A DNA stretch of 64,000 bases from an uncultured virus (IMG/VR IMGVR_UViG_3300021963_000092) (Duplodnaviria; Heunggongvirae; Uroviricota; Caudoviricetes): positions 1-64,000 of the IMG/VR virus record IMGVR_UViG_3300021963_000092. One strand, 5' to 3'. Position 1 is the stretch's first letter; each line of letters opens with the position of its first letter. This document shows, piece after piece, positions 58,730-64,000 of the stretch. The position numbers and the translations under genes were made by a program. A model generated the notes under the pieces. That model worked only from the letters and a program-made list of their open reading frames with translations. It made no database searches and was not told the origin of the DNA.

Positions 58730-60377
58730 AAACTCCTACAACGGTAATAGATCACTCAAGCAAATAGGTTTCGTAATTCAGTATACCTCAGAACAGGTAT
58801 CTGAATTAATGATTTGCAAAGACGACCCGATCTATTTTATTCGTAAATATTGCCAGATAGTATCTCTTGACTCAGAGATGCTTATTCCTTTTGATCTCTT
58901 TCCTTATCAAGAAAGATTTCTAAATGCAATTCAAGAAAATAGACGCGTTATTAGTATGCAGCCTAGACAGATGGGTAAGTCCCAGGTAGTGGCTGCATAT
59001 GTTCTCTGGTATACGCTTTTTAATAGAAACAAAACAGTTGCTATCCTTGCACACAAATCAGATGGTGCAATGGAAATTTTATCTCGTTATCAATTAATGT
59101 ATGAAAACCTACCTTTGTGGATGCAGCAGGGTATAAAGACATGGAATAAGGGTGACGTAGAGCTTGAGAACGGGTCATCCGTATTTACAGCAGCAACATC
59201 TCAGTCTGGTATTCGTGGTAAGTCAGTAAACTTACTGTATGTGGACGAGGTGGCAATTGTACCAAATAACATCGCAGAGCAATTCTTTACATCCGTATAT
59301 CCCGTAGTATCAGCCGGTCAAACAACCAAGATCATTCTTACATCTACTCCGCTAGGATATAACCACTTCTGGAAGTTTTGGAATGAAGCAGAAAGAGGTA
59401 CAAACGGATTTATTCCAATTAAAGTGGAATATTTCGAACATCCAAAGAGAGATTTAAAGTGGGCTGAAGAGCAGAAAGCACTTCTAGGTGAAGTTAAGTT
59501 TAATCAAGAGGTGTTGTGTAAGTTCTTAGGTTCCACTAACACACTTATCTCCCCTGATGTTATTTCTAATCTTTCACCGAAGAGTTACATATACGAAAAA
59601 GATAATCTAGATATACTAGAATCTCCTCAATTAAATAATTCTTATTTTATAACAGTAGATACATCAAGAGGGGTAGGAGGAGATTACTCTGCTTTTACCG
59701 TTATTGATACTACAAAGTATCCGTTTTCTGTAGTAGCTAAATATCGCAATAATACAATCAGCCCGCTGTTGTACCCGGATATTATAGTAAAACTGGCTAA
59801 AGATTATAATAACGCTTATATTCTTGTTGAGATAAATGATATAGGTCAACAAGTTGCTGATTTAATATATAATGAATTAGAATATGAAAATATGATATGG
59901 GTGGGGAGCGATGCAAGGTACGGTCAGACGCTATCTATATCCGGTAAAAACTCCAGCCTAGGTATTAGAACAACCAAACAGATTAAGAGAATAGGTTGTT
60001 CATCTCTAAAATCTCTGGTTGAAAATAGTAAACTGTTAATTTTTGATAAAGATATTATTTCCGAAATCTCAACATTTGTTGAAAATAAAGGGTCGTTTGA
60101 AGCAGATGAAGGATATAATGACGACTTAGTAATGACTTTAGTTCTTTTTGCATGGGCCTCTAACGACCCGTTATTTAAAGATCTAATGAATTCTAATAAC
60201 CGTAAAGCCTTATACAGCCAACAAATTAAGAATATAGAAGAAGATTTAACACCATTCGGCTTTATTGATAATGGTGTACCTGAAGATGCAGTAGAAGTAG
60301 CAGGCAGTGATCTCTGGCTTACAGACTCATATAATAAAGATCTCCAAGCATTCATACGTGAAAATTATACTCGTTAA
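58716..60377 (+). CDS. gp17: terminase large subunit gp17
   Basis: PRQMGKS, IRGKS, YVDE, STPLG.NHF, VDTSRG.G.DYS, DDLVM; TTG start; uninterrupted. Confidence 0.96.
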   Translation: MTQSKNSYNGNRSLKQIGFVIQYTSEQVSELMICKDDPIYFIRKYCQIVSLDSEMLIPFDLFPYQERFLNAIQENRRVISMQPRQMGKSQVVAAYVLWYTLFNRNKTVAILAHKSDGAMEILSRYQLMYENLPLWMQQGIKTWNKGDVELENGSSVFTAATSQSGIRGKSVNLLYVDEVAIVPNNIAEQFFTSVYPVVSAGQTTKIILTSTPLGYNHFWKFWNEAERGTNGFIPIKVEYFEHPKRDLKWAEEQKALLGEVKFNQEVLCKFLGSTNTLISPDVISNLSPKSYIYEKDNLDILESPQLNNSYFITVDTSRGVGGDYSAFTVIDTTKYPFSVVAKYRNNTISPLLYPDIIVKLAKDYNNAYILVEINDIGQQVADLIYNELEYENMIWVGSDARYGQTLSISGKNSSLGIRTTKQIKRIGCSSLKSLVENSKLLIFDKDIISEISTFVENKGSFEADEGYNDDLVMTLVLFAWASNDPLFKDLMNSNNRKALYSQQIKNIEEDLTPFGFIDNGVPEDAVEVAGSDLWLTDSYNKDLQAFIRENYTR

Positions 60378-60389
60378 AATTTTGCTATT

Positions 60390-60397
60390 TATAAATA
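60390..60397 (+). promoter_or_regulatory. T4-type late promoter TATAAATA
   Basis: Exact consensus upstream of gp18 with TAAGGAG RBS. Confidence 0.8.
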
Positions 60398-60447
60398 TAC
60401 ACGAGAGATTTTTATTATGAAAAATTACACATTATAAGGAGAAGAAC

Positions 60448-62121
60448 ATGACCTTTCAGCTTTCACCAGGTGTTCTAGTTACCGAAAAGGATCTGACAGC
60501 TGTCGTTCCTGCGGTTGCTACTACTGCTGGCGGTTTTGCTGGTGCTTTTCAATGGGGTCCTGTAGATCAAGTTGTTGTTGTAGAATCAGAAAATCAATTA
60601 GTAGAAAGATTTGGTAAACCAAACAGTACGGTTTATCAATCTTTCTTTACTGCTGCTAACTTTCTGTCATATGGAAACAACCTACAGGTAGTCCGCGTTG
60701 TTAACAAAGCTACTGCTAAAAACGCCGTTGTACAATCAGCTAACGCCCTACTTATTACAAACGAAACCAAATATGAAGATACTTATTCGGATGGATCTGC
60801 AACTGTAGGTGAATTTGCAGCTAAGTATCCAGGTGCATTAGGTAACTCATTAAAAGTTTCCGTAGCAGATGCTAATACATATAGCTCTTGGGCTTATGCC
60901 TCGCAATTCGATACAACCCCTTCTACGTCTACATACGCAAGCGATCTTGGCGGAAGCCATGATGAACTTCATGTAATTGTAATTGATGAAGACGGTCTGT
61001 GGACAGGTGTATCTGGTAGTGTTCTAGAGAAGTTTTCTTATCTTTCGAAAGCTACCGATGCTAAGAGACCAGACGGTACATCTGCTTATTACAAAGACGT
61101 ACTAAACAATCAGTCGAAATATATCTGGTGGATGGATCACCCATCGGCCGGTTCAAACTGGGGTTCATCTGCTCAAGGTGTAACCTTTGCTAACCTAACA
61201 GCTAACGTTACAGTATCGCTAGCCGGTGGTGTATCTGCCGATGCCCCTAACGATGGTAACCTCATGGTAGGGTTCTTAACATTTGCGAATGATGAACTTT
61301 ACGATATCTCGCTAATTCCGGTAGGCGCAGTTTCTAATGCAGTAGCGAGTTATGTAATTACAAACATAGCTGAAGCTCGTAAAGATTGTGTAGTATTCGT
61401 ATCCCCAGATCTAGACGATGTGTACAACAACGGTGGTTCAGAAGTAACAGATGTTACTGCATATCGCGATGCTCTTCCATCCTCATCCTACGCAGTAATG
61501 GATTCGGGCTGGAAATACCAGTACGACCGCTATAACGATGTATACCGCTGGATTCCTTTAAATGGTGACGTAGCAGGTACAGCAGTTCGTACTGATTATA
61601 CCGCTGATCCTTGGTTCTCGCCAGCTGGTCTAAACCGCGGTCAGATTAAAAATTCAGTTAAGCTAGCCTGGTCGCCATCGAAAACTCAGCGGGATAGCTT
61701 ATACAGAAAAGGGGTTAATCCGGTAGTTTCAATGCCTGGTCAGGGTACTGTTCTGTATGGTGATAAGACTCTGCTTGCTAAACCATCTGCGTTCGATAGA
61801 ATAAATGTACGCAGACTGTTCATCACGATCGAGAAAGCAATTGCTTCGGCAGCTAAATTCCAGCTGTTCGAGTTCAATGATGCCTTTACTCGCGCGCAAT
61901 TCCGTAATCTGGTAGAACCATTCCTTCGTGATGTACAAGGTCGCCGCGGTGTTACAGAATACAAGGTTGTGTGTGATGAAACAAACAACACAGGTGAAGT
62001 TATCGATAGAAACGAGTTTGTAGCTGACATTTATGTTAAGCCATCACGCTCGATTAACTTCATTAAGTTGAACTTCATTGCAACCAGATCTGGTATTGCA
62101 TTCGAAGAAGTTGGCGCATAA
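60448..62121 (+). CDS. gp18: tail sheath protein gp18
   Basis: LSPGV...EKD, FQWGP, WFSPAG.NRG, GDKT, FDRINVRRLF, FEFND. Confidence 0.97.
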   Translation: MTFQLSPGVLVTEKDLTAVVPAVATTAGGFAGAFQWGPVDQVVVVESENQLVERFGKPNSTVYQSFFTAANFLSYGNNLQVVRVVNKATAKNAVVQSANALLITNETKYEDTYSDGSATVGEFAAKYPGALGNSLKVSVADANTYSSWAYASQFDTTPSTSTYASDLGGSHDELHVIVIDEDGLWTGVSGSVLEKFSYLSKATDAKRPDGTSAYYKDVLNNQSKYIWWMDHPSAGSNWGSSAQGVTFANLTANVTVSLAGGVSADAPNDGNLMVGFLTFANDELYDISLIPVGAVSNAVASYVITNIAEARKDCVVFVSPDLDDVYNNGGSEVTDVTAYRDALPSSSYAVMDSGWKYQYDRYNDVYRWIPLNGDVAGTAVRTDYTADPWFSPAGLNRGQIKNSVKLAWSPSKTQRDSLYRKGVNPVVSMPGQGTVLYGDKTLLAKPSAFDRINVRRLFITIEKAIASAAKFQLFEFNDAFTRAQFRNLVEPFLRDVQGRRGVTEYKVVCDETNNTGEVIDRNEFVADIYVKPSRSINFIKLNFIATRSGIAFEEVGA

Positions 62122-62133
62122 GGGAGAGAATAG

Positions 62134-62712
62134 ATGACTACATTTAACGTAGAGCGTTTTAAATCAGCTCTTACCAATGGTGGTGCTCGCCCTAACCAGT
62201 TTGCTGTACAGTTATCATACCCAACGTATGTAACTGGTCAAGCAACTGCCGTAGCGCGTTCACCGTTCTTAGTTTCAGTTGCAGAGCTACCAGGTCAGAC
62301 AGTTAACCCAGCGGTCGTGCAGTATCGCGGCCGTGAGGTTAAATTTGTTGGCGATCGTATCTTCGCACCATGGACTATTACCGTTCTAAACGATTCAGAA
62401 ATGTCCATTAGAAATGCTATAGAAGAATGGATGGGTGGAATGGAAGACTATGCTACTAAGACCGGCAGATTACAGCCAGCTCAGTATCAAAGAGATTTAG
62501 ACGTATTCCAGCTAGATAGAAATGGTAACGTACTTAAGTCTTACAAGCTAGTTAACGCGTTCCCTGTAGACCTGTCGCCAGTGGCATTAGACTTTGGTGC
62601 TAACGATCAGATCTCACAGTTTACTGTTACCTGGCAGTATCAGCACTTCACCACGTCCACCACAACAGCTGGCGGTACAGTTGATTTCGCTGGTTTATTT
62701 AATAATCAATAA
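62134..62712 (+). CDS. gp19: tail tube protein gp19
   Basis: GGARPNQF, LPG, RGR..K..GDR.F..WTITVLND, QLDRNG, FTVTW. Confidence 0.95.
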   Translation: MTTFNVERFKSALTNGGARPNQFAVQLSYPTYVTGQATAVARSPFLVSVAELPGQTVNPAVVQYRGREVKFVGDRIFAPWTITVLNDSEMSIRNAIEEWMGGMEDYATKTGRLQPAQYQRDLDVFQLDRNGNVLKSYKLVNAFPVDLSPVALDFGANDQISQFTVTWQYQHFTTSTTTAGGTVDFAGLFNNQ

Positions 62713-62730
62713 GTGAGTATTTAACTAGTT

Positions 62731-64000
62731 ATGGCGATTACCTTATTTGGATTTACGATTGGTCGTGAAACCGATCAGACACAGCCGTCGAAGAAGCAAG
62801 AATTCATCACGCCTGTGTCTGATGACGGTGCGTCTACAGTAAATGCCGGGGGTTACTACGGCACTTACGTCGATATAGACGCTACAGCTAGAAATGAAGC
62901 AGATCTAATTTCCAGATATAGAGAGATTGCAAAGTATCCAGATTGTGATAACGCTATAGAAGAGATAGTCACAGAGGCAATCGCTGCTATCGACAGCGAG
63001 AACCCTGTGACTATCGATGTTGATAATCTTGAAATCCCGGACTCCATAAAAGAATCTATAAGAGAAGAATTTGATAAGATTCTTCAACTTCTAGATTTTA
63101 AAGATAAAGCCCATGACATTTTTAGAAGATGGTACGTAGACGGAAGACTGTACTATCAAAAATTAATTAATAGTTCAAAGCCTGTTGCAGGAATTTTAGA
63201 ATTAAGATATATTGATCCTAAGAAAATTCGTAAAGTAAGGGAAGTTAAAAAAGATAAAGTTGACGATACAGGCGTCGAGCTTATTCAATCTGTTGACGAG
63301 TATTTTCTTTATAATGAAAAAGGTATGTCATATACTCCGGGTGCTGCTCCTGCTCAAACAAACACAGGAATAAAGATAAGCCCTGATGCAGTTACTTTTG
63401 TTCCTTCCGGTCTATTAGATCTTGACAGAAATATTATAAACGGATACCTTCATAAAGCTATTAAGCCTGTTAATCAGCTTAAGATGATGGCAGATTCGCT
63501 AGTAATATATCGTCTATCCCGCGCACCAGAAAGAAGAATCTTCTACATTGACGTTGGTAATCTGCCGAAGCAGAAAGCTGAACAATATATGAAAGATTTA
63601 ATGACCAGATATAGAAATAAGATTGTTTATGATTCCACCACGGGTGAAATTAAAGATGACCGTAAGTTCATGACTATGTTAGAAGATTTCTGGTTACCAA
63701 GACGAGAAGGGGGAAGAGGTACTGAGATTAGTACTCTACCTGGAGGAGAGAATCTTGGTCAGATCGCAGATATTGAATACTTTCAGAATAAAGTATATCA
63801 ATCGCTCAATGTACCTACATCAAGATTTCAAGAATCATCTGGTTTTAATTTCGGCAGACAGGCTGAAATTTCTAGAGATGAAATTAAATTTGCAAAGTTT
63901 ATTTCTAGACTCCGTAGAAAATTTAATGCTCTGTTTGATGATCTTCTTAAGACACAATTGGTGCTTAAAAAAGTAATTAGATTAGATGAATGGGAAGAAA
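62731..64000 (+). CDS. gp20: portal vertex protein gp20 (runs off window end)
   Basis: Read by hand from ATG 62731: MAITLFGF..., FRRWYVDGR, YIDPKKIRKVR, YRLSRAPERRIFYIDVGNLP, EDFWLPRREGGRGTEI. Confidence 0.95.
   Translation, partial: MAITLFGFTIGRETDQTQPSKKQEFITPVSDDGASTVNAGGYYGTYVDIDATARNEADLISRYREIAKYPDCDNAIEEIVTEAIAAIDSENPVTIDVDNLEIPDSIKESIREEFDKILQLLDFKDKAHDIFRRWYVDGRLYYQKLINSSKPVAGILELRYIDPKKIRKVREVKKDKVDDTGVELIQSVDEYFLYNEKGMSYTPGAAPAQTNTGIKISPDAVTFVPSGLLDLDRNIINGYLHKAIKPVNQLKMMADSLVIYRLSRAPERRIFYIDVGNLPKQKAEQYMKDLMTRYRNKIVYDSTTGEIKDDRKFMTMLEDFWLPRREGGRGTEISTLPGGENLGQIADIEYFQNKVYQSLNVPTSRFQESSGFNFGRQAEISRDEIKFAKFISRLRRKFNALFDDLLKTQLVLKKVIRLDEWEE

Noticed and set aside
4036..62030. Many short opposite-strand or nested ORFs in the six-frame track
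   Set aside because: They overlap well-supported genes and show no recognisable motifs
63755..63976. 73-aa ORF in the track
   Set aside because: Out-of-frame shadow inside the gp20 portal gene
58716..64000. Introns or inteins in terminase, sheath or portal
   Set aside because: ORFs are continuous and of ordinary length; no splicing or homing-endonuclease motifs seen
1..64000. Stop-codon reassignment
   Set aside because: Core genes translate full length in the standard code, and TAA, TAG and TGA all end genes

Overview
A 64 kb, AT-rich, densely coding segment of a T4-like myovirus genome. Its gene order resembles aquatic T4-like phages; the host cannot be read from the sequence. 1-5.7 kb: replication, transcription and auxiliary genes (DsbA-like, DenV-like glycosylase, FmdB-like, phoH, GH19 endolysin, exonuclease, gp33, gp59, gp32). 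5.8-29.6 kb: baseplate and tail genes (tape-measure-like, gp51, gp26, gp48, gp4, gp2, gp54, gp53, hub, a gp5 split into two ORFs, gp25, gp6, gp7-like, gp8, a 2035-aa structural protein). 29.6-55.8 kb: an accessory island with fibre proteins, a Pro/Asn 13-mer repeat protein next to a 2OG-Fe(II) oxygenase and a sulfotransferase, six Cys-rich RCC1-type beta-propellers, and a cassette of methyl-, glycosyl- and sulfotransferases, an Mrp/ApbC ATPase and an APS-kinase-like fusion. 55.8-64 kb: gp13-gp19 and a truncated gp20 portal. Strongest leads: (1) the island may be a virion-surface display and chemical decoration system; (2) a probable -1 ribosomal frameshift fuses gp26 to gp51 just upstream of the tape-measure-like gene; (3) gp5 is genetically split and each half carries a different peptidoglycan hydrolase. 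All calls come from recalled motifs and synteny; no database search was run. No tRNA, rRNA, CRISPR array, intron or transposase was recognised.
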